A stretch of DNA of 64,000 nucleotides from Kofleriaceae bacterium (GTDB lineage: Bacteria; Myxococcota_A; Polyangia; Haliangiales; Haliangiaceae). The notes under the pieces were generated by a model. That model did not search any database and was not told where the DNA came from. It saw nothing but the letters and a program-made list of their open reading frames with translations. Both the position numbers and the translations under genes were made by a program. Shown here one piece after another: positions 13,423 to 24,432 of this stretch; position 1 is the first letter of the stretch; every line of letters starts with the position of its first letter. Location: the NCBI GenBank assembly GCA_965215005.1, contig CBDCCZ010000042.1:96001-160000 (forward strand), given 5' to 3'.

Positions 13423-14214
13423 CTACGCGCCGGTGTACCGAGGCCGCCGCTTTTCCGCGAACGCGCGCAGGCCTTCGTTGCGGTCTTCCGTCGCGAGCGT
13501 GACATCGTAGCACTGCCGCTCGAGCGTCAGCCCATCCTCGAGCGGCAGCTCACCACCGCGCTCGATCGCTCGCTTGGCCATCGCCACCGAGCGCGGCGCC
13601 GCAGCTAGCAGCTCCTCGATCAGCGCGTCGGCGACCCGCCGCAGCTGCGTCGTTGGCACCACCTGCGACACCAGCCCGAGCTCCTGGGCGCGGGCTGCCG
13701 TGATTCGGCGACCGAGCAAAATGAGCTCTTTGGCGCGCGCTTCGCCCACAATTCGCGGCAACCGCTGGGTGCCGCCGGCACCTGGCATGATCCCGAGCTT
13801 GGTCTCGGTGAGGCCCATCTCGGCGGTGTCTGCGGCGATGCGAAAATCGCACGCTAGCGCCAACTCGAGGCCGCCGCCAAACGCGTAACCGCCAATCATG
13901 GCAATCGTCGCCATCGGCAGCGCCGCGATCGCGTTGATGGCGCTGGCAATCGCGTCGACGTACGGGCCCGTGTCGGCAGCGGCCACACCCTTGCGCTCTT
14001 TTAGGTCTGCCCCCGCGGAGAACGCCTTGTCACCGGCGCCGGTGATCGCCACCACGCGCACCGAGCTGTCACTCGCCAGTTGCTCCGCGAGTGCCGCCAG
14101 CTCCGAATTGAGCGCGCGCGACAGCGCGTTGTGCGCCTGCGGACGCTGCAAAATGATCCACACGACGCCGCGCTCGTCGCGCTCGACTCGAAGGTGCTCG
14201 AAGCTGTCAGGCAT
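13423..14214 (-). CDS. Enoyl-CoA hydratase (methylglutaconyl-CoA hydratase, LiuC-like)
   Basis: AFSAGADLKE, GGGLELALACD and GIMPGAGGTQRLPR; directly downstream of HMG-CoA lyase. Confidence 0.92.
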   Translation of the reverse strand: MPDSFEHLRVERDERGVVWIILQRPQAHNALSRALNSELAALAEQLASDSSVRVVAITGAGDKAFSAGADLKERKGVAAADTGPYVDAIASAINAIAALPMATIAMIGGYAFGGGLELALACDFRIAADTAEMGLTETKLGIMPGAGGTQRLPRIVGEARAKELILLGRRITAARAQELGLVSQVVPTTQLRRVADALIEELLAAAPRSVAMAKRAIERGGELPLEDGLTLERQCYDVTLATEDRNEGLRAFAEKRRPRYTGA

Positions 14215-15151
14215 GTTCCTTCTCCACTCGTCGGCGATGGCGCGCCTGCTTGCCCAGGTGCGCCTTGAGGTATTTGCTCGGCAAATCGTGGCCCACGAAC
14301 GAGGCCGCCAGCCGCGAGCACTCGATGAGTGCTTCTAGATCGATGCCGGTGTCCACGCCCATCCCGGCAAGCATCGCAACCACGTCTTCGGTGGCGAGGT
14401 TTCCCGAGGCCCCCGGCGCGTAGGGACAGCCGCCCAGGCCGCCCACGGAAGCATCAATCGTGGTGACGCCGCGGGAGACGGCGACCAAACAGTTCGCGAG
14501 CGCGGTGCCTTGGGTATCGTGAAAGTGCACGGCGATGGCTTCGAGCGGCACCACCGCCAGCACCTCGTCGAGCACCCGCTCGACCTGCGCCGGGTTGGCG
14601 GCGCCAATCGTGTCTCCTAGCGACACCTGGTACACGCCCATCTCGCGCAAACGCTTCGCCAGCCGCACCGTGCTTTGCGCCTCGACCTCACCCTCGTAAG
14701 GGCATCCAAACACGGTCGAGACGTAGGCGCGCACCCGGAGCCCCGCGGCCAACGCCGGCGGCACGATCTCGTCGAACGCAGTCAGCGCCTCGGCAATCGA
14801 CTTGTTGATGTTCTTCTTGGTGTGCGTCTCGGAAGCCGACAAGAACACCGCGATCTCTTCCATGCCGGCGGCCATCGCGTTGTCGAGCCCTCGCCGGTTG
14901 GGTACCAACGCCGAAAACTGCACCCCAGGCCGCCGCTTCACCCCACGCGCGACCTCGGCGCTATCGGCCAGCTGCGGAATCCAGCGCGGACTCACGAAGC
15001 TGGTGATCTCGATGTGGCGCAGCCCCGAGGCCGACAGCGCATCGATGAAGGCGATCTTGTCCGCCGTGGGAACTTGGCGAGCCTCGTTCTGCAGACCATC
15101 GCGCGGCCCGACCTCGTAGATCGTAACCTGCCCGGGCAGCTTCTCGAACAT
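14207..15151 (-). CDS. Hydroxymethylglutaryl-CoA lyase (LiuE/MvaB-like)
   Basis: EVGPRDGLQNE, HFHDTQG and GLGGCPYAPGASGN. Confidence 0.95.
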   Translation of the reverse strand: MFEKLPGQVTIYEVGPRDGLQNEARQVPTADKIAFIDALSASGLRHIEITSFVSPRWIPQLADSAEVARGVKRRPGVQFSALVPNRRGLDNAMAAGMEEIAVFLSASETHTKKNINKSIAEALTAFDEIVPPALAAGLRVRAYVSTVFGCPYEGEVEAQSTVRLAKRLREMGVYQVSLGDTIGAANPAQVERVLDEVLAVVPLEAIAVHFHDTQGTALANCLVAVSRGVTTIDASVGGLGGCPYAPGASGNLATEDVVAMLAGMGVDTGIDLEALIECSRLAASFVGHDLPSKYLKAHLGKQARHRRRVEKEHA

Positions 15152-15162
15152 CGCGCCGAACC

Positions 15163-15861
15163 CTAGCAGATTTCCCCAAGAAGCGTCGGCGTGAGCGCAT
15201 CCAAGCTGTCGATGATGCGGTGCGCGTGGCTCTGGTCCTGTCCGTGAAAGTTGCCGGCTCGCACCGCGACGACCCGCGCGCCGGCGGCGAGACCTGCGGC
15301 AATGCCCGCGGCCGATTCCTCGACTACCACGCACCGGCGCGGCTCGATCCCCAGCCGCCGCGCCGCCAACAAGAAGCCATCGGGAGCGGGCTTGGAGCGA
15401 GGAACATCCTCGCTCGCCACGACCACCGCGAAGGCATCGCCGCAGCCCAGCGCCGCCAGTGACTGCGCCGCCTCGACCCGCGAGGAGCCGGTTACGAGCG
15501 CCAGCGGCAAGGCGCCAAACCGCCGCAGAACCTGCCGAGCGCCGGGCAAGACGGTAACGCCAAGCTCGGCAAACACTCCCTCGCGCTCGGCCGCCGTCGC
15601 CGCGATGAGCTCGCCCTCGGTCCACGTGAGGGCCGGATAGCGGGCGCGCAGGTTGGCGTAGATATCGACCCACGAGCGACCGATGATGAAGTCGCGATCG
15701 GACTGCTCGATCTCGATCGCGAAGCCTTTGGCGATGGCTCTGGCCATGGCCTCGGCGCTCTCGCGCTCGGTATCCACCAGAGTCCCGTCGAGGTCGAACA
15801 GCAGCGCATCACATGACACGATCACTGCGGTTACCGCAGTCGCCAGCGCTTGTCCATCCAC
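15163..15861 (-). CDS. HAD-IA family phosphatase
   Basis: FDLDGTLVDT and KPAPD motifs. Start uncertain (GTG 15861 or 15825). Confidence 0.88.
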   Translation of the reverse strand: MDGQALATAVTAVIVSCDALLFDLDGTLVDTERESAEAMARAIAKGFAIEIEQSDRDFIIGRSWVDIYANLRARYPALTWTEGELIAATAAEREGVFAELGVTVLPGARQVLRRFGALPLALVTGSSRVEAAQSLAALGCGDAFAVVVASEDVPRSKPAPDGFLLAARRLGIEPRRCVVVEESAAGIAAGLAAGARVVAVRAGNFHGQDQSHAHRIIDSLDALTPTLLGEIC

Positions 15862-16022
15862 CGCAATGGCGAAGCTACACGGGCCGTCGACTCGTGAGCC
15901 TTGGTCCGCGCCGGGGTTCGCGGCCAACGTCGCAAGCCGCTACCATAGCAACAACGATGGGAGAGACGCCGAAAGCAAGCTCGAGCCGCGTCATCCATCC
16001 CGGAGCGGGAGCTCGCGGTCCC

Positions 16023-17453
16023 ATGCCTCGATGCGGCGCTGCCCTGGTGGTTGTGGTTCTGTTTGCAAGCTGCGCATCGGCGCCGCCTGCGGCGCGTCGG
16101 GCGCAGCGATTGCTCGCCAGCGGAGACTACGCGTTGGCCGAGCAGGTTGCTGCTGAAGGGCTCGCGGAGCATCCCCGAGACCCGCACCTTTGGCGCGCGC
16201 GCCTCCAAGCGCGAATCGCCTCGGGGGATGCTGCGGGCGCCGTGTCGCTCTACCAAGCGTCCATCGCCGCGCGCGGCACCGCGGATCGAGCTCTAGTCAC
16301 GGCAATGGCCGAGGCCACGCTTCGCGGTGCACTGCGGGCGCCGTCGCCGACTCTGATGATCGCCGCCATCGAGGCAGTCGAGCGCCTCCAGCTCGAGGCG
16401 CTGGCCCCGCCGGTGCTCGAGCTGCTCGGCTCGCCAAGCGATCGCATTGCCGCCGCCGCGGCGATTGCGGTGTTGCGCGCGCACCCACAGGCGCCGCATT
16501 TGGCCACCGAGCTGCTCCGTAGCGACGATCCGCAGGCGCGCGCCATCGTCGCTGCCGGCATCGGTCGCAAAGTGGGAGAGCGGGCGCGGGCGGACTTGGT
16601 GCCGCTGCTAGCCGATCCCGATCCCACGGTGCGCGCCGCCGCGGTCGGCGCGGTTCGCGACGCAAGGCTCGACTCGCTTGCCGCGCTTGCGCTGCGCGAC
16701 CCCGCGCCCCTGGTTCGCACCGCCGCCCTCGCCGCCCTGCGCCGCAGCGACGCGTCGCGCGCACGCCGCCGGCGCATCGCGCTGCAGGCATTGACCGACC
16801 CGTATCTCGGCGCCCGCCTCGCGGCCGTTGCCGTGCTCGCCGCCGTCGATGCGCAGCCCGAGCTCGCCGCCCTCGCCAGCGGGCAGGACATCTTCGTCGC
16901 TCTCCGCGCCGCCGTCGCTCTCGATAGTCAGCGCGCTAAAGACGCCTACGTGCCGCTGCTCGAGCGCGCGCTCACTGCGCCCTCGTGGCCTATGCGCGCT
17001 GCCGCTCTCAACGCCGCCGACGGTATCGCTCGTCGCAGCGCGGCGCTTCGACTCGTCTCGACGCGACTGCACGACTCGAGCGCCGAGGTGCGGCTGGCGA
17101 CCGCGCGCGCCTTGGCCAGTCTCGGAATGGCGAGCCGTGCCCGGCAAGCGCTGCGCGCCGAGCTCGAGCATCGCGACCCCGTGCTGCGCGCTCGGGCCGC
17201 CGCGGAGCTGGTGCGACTACAACAGCAAGCGCGGGAGGACGAGGCGTCAAGCTCCGACGCTTGGTCGGACGCCAAGCCGCGCGAGGTGCTCAGCCGGCTC
17301 GCGCAGGCCCCGGCTATCGATGCCCGCCGCGCTGCGATTGCAGGTCATCGGCGCGCCGCGGTCATCACCCCTGGACTCATCGCCGCGCTTGCCGACTCCG
17401 CTGCCGAGCTGCGCATTGAAGCCGCCGAGGTGGTGCTCGAGCAGCTTCGCTGA
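16023..17453 (+). CDS. HEAT-repeat lipoprotein
   Basis: Lipobox LFAS-C; repeated LADPDPTVRAAA / LHDSSAEVRLATA units. Confidence 0.8.
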   Translation: MPRCGAALVVVVLFASCASAPPAARRAQRLLASGDYALAEQVAAEGLAEHPRDPHLWRARLQARIASGDAAGAVSLYQASIAARGTADRALVTAMAEATLRGALRAPSPTLMIAAIEAVERLQLEALAPPVLELLGSPSDRIAAAAAIAVLRAHPQAPHLATELLRSDDPQARAIVAAGIGRKVGERARADLVPLLADPDPTVRAAAVGAVRDARLDSLAALALRDPAPLVRTAALAALRRSDASRARRRRIALQALTDPYLGARLAAVAVLAAVDAQPELAALASGQDIFVALRAAVALDSQRAKDAYVPLLERALTAPSWPMRAAALNAADGIARRSAALRLVSTRLHDSSAEVRLATARALASLGMASRARQALRAELEHRDPVLRARAAAELVRLQQQAREDEASSSDAWSDAKPREVLSRLAQAPAIDARRAAIAGHRRAAVITPGLIAALADSAAELRIEAAEVVLEQLR

Positions 17454-17457
17454 CGGC

Positions 17458-18948
17458 TTAAAACGCCAGCTGGGTCTCGATCAGGAGGCGGTGCGTCTTG
17501 TCCTGCGCCGGCGGCGACACCTCGCCCGCGTCGTAATTGAACAGCGTATAGGTGGCACCGAGCAAGCGGCCGCGCTGGTTGTACAGCATGACCAGCCCAT
17601 CGACTTGCCACAGTCGATCGCTCGGCGCGCTGCTCGAGGGCTGGCCACCTAGGCGAAGCAGTGGGAGCTCGCCGTAGCCCACCCGCGCCCCCACTGCCAG
17701 CCGTCCTGGCAGCGCAAACGCCAACACGTGCGCATATCCGGCGACGCGATGTTGCACCTCGTCGGAGCTGCCGAGCACTGCTGCCAGCTCCGGGTTACCG
17801 GTCAAGATCGTGCCCCAGCGCTCCTGCCGAAACAACCCCTCGGCGGCCAGCTCCCAGCCGCGCCATCGAAACAAGACATCCGCGCTCGCGCTCACCACGC
17901 GCACGTCATCGCCGTCGCCATCGGCATCGACATCGGTGTTCACATCAACGTCGCCGATGACCGCAGGAACGCGCAGGAGATCGTGAACCGCGCCCGCTGC
18001 CACCGTGAGACGCGGGCCTCCGCCGCGGCGATCGCCATACTCCGGTGCCATCCGCTCCCCCAGCACAGCGAGCTCGACGCGCGCCAAGAGCGTTGGATCG
18101 ATGTTGTCGTTGACGCCGCCGGCCCCGTTGCCGAGCCCTACGTAGTAGCCAAACCGCTCGCCGAGCCATCCAAATGCACCAATCTGGGGATCGCGCCCAT
18201 AGCGATAGGCGTCGATCAACGCGGGCCGCTCGGCGAACGCGTGCAGCGAGATCGGCGTGATGAAGCTGCGGGTGAATTGCGTGCGATATTGGCCGGCACG
18301 AAGGGTGAGAGCCTCAGAGACCCGATAGTCACCAAAGAAGTCGAGCAGCGCGATCGGCCGGGCGAAGTCGATGAGCACTCCCACTGCAATCGCCTCGCTC
18401 GCTTGCGCCGCCAGTCGCAGCCGCGCCCGCGGCACCTCGAGCGTCGACACGACGACCTCGTCGAGGTCTTCGTTGGTCTGCAGCCGGTAACGCGTCTGCA
18501 CGAAGCCGCCGATGCGAAGCCAGATATCTGGACTGTCGGTGGCAAGCAAGATGCCATCGTCGAAACCGATGCCACCGACCACGCGCCGGCCGCCGGGCTC
18601 CTCCGTCCAGGGCTGCTCGAGCGCCGCCAGCTCGGCGCGTAGCGCGCCCACCTCCTGCTCGAGCGCCGCAGTCAGCGCCTCGAGGCGATCGAGCTCGGCG
18701 ACCGCGTCTGGGATGCTCGCGCGCTCCCGCTCGAGCGTATCGAGCCGTTGCTCGAGTGCCACCATCCGAGCTTCCAGCTCGGTCACCGTCGCCGCCAACG
18801 TCGGCACCAGGGTCGCGCGCTCGCGCAGCTCGGCGAGCTCGGCGGCCAGTCGCGAGAGCTCCTCGGTCAGCGGCGGCCGAGGCTGTGCCGAGGCAACCGA
18901 GGAGACCGCGAGCACGACAGTGAGAGAAACGACGAGGCGTATCTTCAT
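17458..18948 (-). CDS. Porin (OprO/OprP-like) with N-terminal coiled coil
   Basis: Signal peptide, long heptad coiled coil, LRIGGFVQTRY, RARLRL, RAGQYRTQF and C-terminal TQLAF. Confidence 0.8.
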   Translation of the reverse strand: MKIRLVVSLTVVLAVSSVASAQPRPPLTEELSRLAAELAELRERATLVPTLAATVTELEARMVALEQRLDTLERERASIPDAVAELDRLEALTAALEQEVGALRAELAALEQPWTEEPGGRRVVGGIGFDDGILLATDSPDIWLRIGGFVQTRYRLQTNEDLDEVVVSTLEVPRARLRLAAQASEAIAVGVLIDFARPIALLDFFGDYRVSEALTLRAGQYRTQFTRSFITPISLHAFAERPALIDAYRYGRDPQIGAFGWLGERFGYYVGLGNGAGGVNDNIDPTLLARVELAVLGERMAPEYGDRRGGGPRLTVAAGAVHDLLRVPAVIGDVDVNTDVDADGDGDDVRVVSASADVLFRWRGWELAAEGLFRQERWGTILTGNPELAAVLGSSDEVQHRVAGYAHVLAFALPGRLAVGARVGYGELPLLRLGGQPSSSAPSDRLWQVDGLVMLYNQRGRLLGATYTLFNYDAGEVSPPAQDKTHRLLIETQLAF

Positions 18949-19141
18949 GGAAGCGGCTAGTTTCCCGCAGCAGGCGCATGCGTCCTAACAAGCGTCCATC
19001 GAGGGTCGAGCGAAGCCGAGGTACTCACGTTGGCGGTCTCTTTAGGTTGAGGTTCATCGAGAGCTTGTTCTTCGTCCCCAGAACGCATCGGCAGCGTTTG
19101 CTGGGCGGAGGTCGCGCTGAAACGCTCGGCTATGGACGAGC

Positions 19142-19177
19142 AAAAAAAAGCGCCCCTGCCAGATCCGGCAGGGGCGC
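19142..19177 (-). terminator. Intrinsic terminator after the YXWGXW-repeat gene
   Basis: On the minus strand GCGCCCCTGCC-GGATCT-GGCAGGGGCGC followed by a T-run. Confidence 0.9.
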
Positions 19178-19231
19178 CATTATCACGCTACCAGCGCGGC
19201 GACGCCAGTTGGCGCCGCTCATGACGACCGA

Positions 19232-19966
19232 TCAGCGGCGATGGTCGCGGACGTTTACACCCGAGACCCAGCGGCCCTCGATCCACACATACTGGTTACC
19301 TTGCAGCTCCCAGCGGCCTTCCTCCCACTGCTGGTCGCTGCGGGCGCGCTCCCAGTGACCATCGACCCAGTCCCAGCGACCGTCGCGCCAGTCCCAACGG
19401 CCGCGAATCCACACATATCCGCTGCGCGGTTGCACTTGCCGATAGCGCGGCGCCGGTGGCGCCTCGCTGGGCCAGCGGTGATCGCGAACCACGACGCCGC
19501 CGGACTGCGTCTGGTCGCGGTGATCGCGAACCACGACGCCGCCGGACTGCGTCTGGTCGCGGTGGTCACGCACCTCTACGCCGCCCGGCTGCGCCTGGTC
19601 GCGATGATCGCGAACCACAACGTCGCCGCCGGCATTGCCACGCGCGACCCAGTGACCCTCGACCCAGTGATACTGATTGCCGCGACGCTCCCAGCGACCT
19701 TCATCCCAGGCGTAGCCGGAGCGGTCGCGAATCCAATGGCCGTCCTGCCAGGTCCACTCGCCGTTGCGGAACTCCCAGCGACCGCGAACCCACACGTACC
19801 CGCTGCGCGATTCCACTTGCCGATAACGCGGCGGCGGCGGCTCTTCGGAAACGACGTAGGAGGGGCGAACTCGTGCCCGCGCTCGAACCACACACGCGGG
19901 TGCAACGGTAGCGAGGCAGGCGATCAGCCCCAGTCCGGTAAAGAAACGGCGCCATTGAGCGGTCAT
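19232..19966 (-). CDS. YXWGXW (WxxGxW) repeat lipoprotein with VRDHR repeats
   Basis: AGGAG RBS; VAPA-C lipobox; two blocks of GYVWVRGRW/WVEGHW repeats separated by VVVRDHRDQTQSGG repeats. Confidence 0.88.
   Translation of the reverse strand: MTAQWRRFFTGLGLIACLATVAPACVVRARARVRPSYVVSEEPPPPRYRQVESRSGYVWVRGRWEFRNGEWTWQDGHWIRDRSGYAWDEGRWERRGNQYHWVEGHWVARGNAGGDVVVRDHRDQAQPGGVEVRDHRDQTQSGGVVVRDHRDQTQSGGVVVRDHRWPSEAPPAPRYRQVQPRSGYVWIRGRWDWRDGRWDWVDGHWERARSDQQWEEGRWELQGNQYVWIEGRWVSGVNVRDHRR
19475..19630. repeat. Coding tandem repeat, 42-bp unit (RDHRDQTQSGGVVV), about 3.5 copies
   Basis: Direct repeats of gcggtgatcgcgaaccacgacgccgccggactgcgtctggtc. Confidence 0.85.
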
Positions 19967-20177
19967 TGCGCAATTCTCCTTGCTAAGTGAGTTGGTCATA
20001 GTCCAAGCGAAAGACGTCGTGATGCTTGGACGACCTTCCCCCGCTAAGTTTCACGCCAAGGATGAACTTGCTCGCGCGTGGAAGTCAACCTGCGCGAATC
20101 ACTACGGTTTATCTCCGCGTGAAGCGGGCCCGACGGTCGCGCGAGCGGGGATCGCCCGCGCGAGGCGGCCGCTGCCG

Positions 20178-21899
<1,722 letters not shown>

Positions 21900-21905
21900 C
21901 GGGCC

Positions 21906-22442
21906 CTACGCTTTCTCGCGGTCGGCTACGTCGGGCCGAAACCGCAGGTAGGTGACCTTGACGGTGCCATCTTCGATAGCCACTGGCAGCGGGTCGAGGC
22001 CGCGCTTGGCAGGGCCGCTGAGCTTATCGCCGTCAACGGCGAAGGCGCTGCGGTGACAGGGACACTTGAAGACGCCTTCGCTCGCATCGAAGTCGACGGC
22101 ACAGCCCAAGTGAGGGCACACCGTGGAAAACGCCTGCAGCTCGCCAGTGTCGGTCTTGCGCACCCAGGCGGCACCGAGCGGCACGTCGCGAACCGTTCCC
22201 CACGCGTCGCGAGTCTCCTCTGCGGTGATTTCCACGCGAACCGGCGGAGCCCCCACCGCGAGCGCGTCGGCGCGCAGGACGTCAACCGGTGCTTCGGGGC
22301 TCTTCACCACCCGCCGTCCGAGCGGGAAGAGCAGGTAGCGAACCAGCGGATATGCGACGCCAGCGCCGATGGCGCCGCCGATGGCCAGCGAAGCGCGCAC
22401 CAGGAGCTTGCGGCGAGAGGGGTCTGGAGGGGTCTCGGTCAT
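21906..22442 (-). CDS. Rieske 2Fe-2S subunit of the bc complex
   Basis: Tat-like SRRKLL; CPHLGC and CPCH motifs. Confidence 0.93.
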   Translation of the reverse strand: MTETPPDPSRRKLLVRASLAIGGAIGAGVAYPLVRYLLFPLGRRVVKSPEAPVDVLRADALAVGAPPVRVEITAEETRDAWGTVRDVPLGAAWVRKTDTGELQAFSTVCPHLGCAVDFDASEGVFKCPCHRSAFAVDGDKLSGPAKRGLDPLPVAIEDGTVKVTYLRFRPDVADREKA

Positions 22443-22562
22443 GGGGATCCTTTCCCCCGGTGTAACGACCCGACGCTGCCCGAGGTTACTGACAGCCGAC
22501 GACGACGATCTCGCGTTCGCTCGGCACCGAGCCCGCCAAGGCGCCGTGCGGCTCGTGCGCCA

Positions 22563-22937
22563 TCACCCGAAGGCTTTTTCGTCGCGCTCCTGAGCCTCTT
22601 TGCACTGAATGCAGAGACTGGTCTCCGGCCTCGCCTCGAGCCGCTTCTTACCGATGGGCTCCTCGCATTCTTCGCAGATCCCGAAGGTCCCCTCGTCGAT
22701 CTTGCGGAGCGCGTAGTCGATCTTGCTCAGCAGCGCCTTCTCGCGGCCGCGCAGGCGAAACTCAAACGACTGCAGGTACTCGCTCGAAGCCAGATCCATC
22801 TCATCGGCGAGATCGTTCGGGTCGAGGGTCATGTCCTCGTTGAGCGTTTTTTGTGCTCTTGCCAGCACACTCTTGCGCTTCTCATCGAGAAGGGCCCGAA
22901 ACTTGGTGAGCTCACGTTTCGTCAACGCTTTGGCCAC
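22563..22937 (-). CDS. dksA: DksA/TraR family C4 zinc-finger protein
   Basis: DEMDLA coiled-coil tip (DxxDxA-like) and CEEC...CIQC. Confidence 0.85.
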   Translation of the reverse strand: MAKALTKRELTKFRALLDEKRKSVLARAQKTLNEDMTLDPNDLADEMDLASSEYLQSFEFRLRGREKALLSKIDYALRKIDEGTFGICEECEEPIGKKRLEARPETSLCIQCKEAQERDEKAFG

Positions 22938-23088
22938 GTTTTCCCCTTGCTACCCTGACGGCCCTGGAGTGGTCAGAGGCGGGGGAACATACGGGCCTTC
23001 GAGCTTCGGATCAAGGGCAAAAGGCGCAACCATACATATCCCGATGCCTTGACACGTTGTATGCGAAGTCTCGAAACTTACGCCTAAT

Positions 23089-23292
23089 ATGGCTGGCTCG
23101 GATAAACGCAAACAGTCGCTCTACTTCCCCGAGGAAATGCTCAAGGAGATCCAGGAGGAGGCCGCCCGGCAAGACCGGTCGCTGTCGTGGATCGTCCAGA
23201 AAGCGTGGAAAATCGCCCGGAAGGAGATCATGAAATACCCATCGGTGAACGAGTTTCCCGGCGAAGAAGACTCGAAAGAGCTCACATCTTGA
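23089..23292 (+). CDS. cdbA: TIGR04563 (MXAN_4361/4362) ribbon-helix-helix protein, CdbA-like c-di-GMP-binding nucleoid protein
   Basis: MAGSDKRKQSLYFPEEMLKEIQEEAARQDRSLSWIVQKAWKIAR, recognised from memory as the M. xanthus CdbA family. Confidence 0.88.
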   Translation: MAGSDKRKQSLYFPEEMLKEIQEEAARQDRSLSWIVQKAWKIARKEIMKYPSVNEFPGEEDSKELTS

Positions 23293-23445
23293 GGTATCCC
23301 GGTTCACGATGGATGTCGTGACACCACGAAACCTCACCGGCGACGAGGGAGCCGCCGGCGCGGCGGCGTGACGCGCTTCTCGCCAGTCGCCACGGAGGGG
23401 GCGGCCGAGAAGCGCGCCACGACTCACGCGTCGGCACGGTAGTTG

Positions 23446-24336
<891 letters not shown>

Positions 24337-24432
24337 TCCGCCGGCCAGCGGCCGGTGGCCAAACCACCTTGACCTGCCTTCATCGACCCCGCTACGCTTA
24401 GGCACTGCTCCCGCCGGGACTGGGAGGCGTCG

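Noticed and set aside
18993..19138. Assignment of this element as 6S RNA
   Set aside because: It is shorter than typical, branched rather than rod-like, and lacks the usual zapA/ygfA context. Kept only as an unassigned structured candidate.
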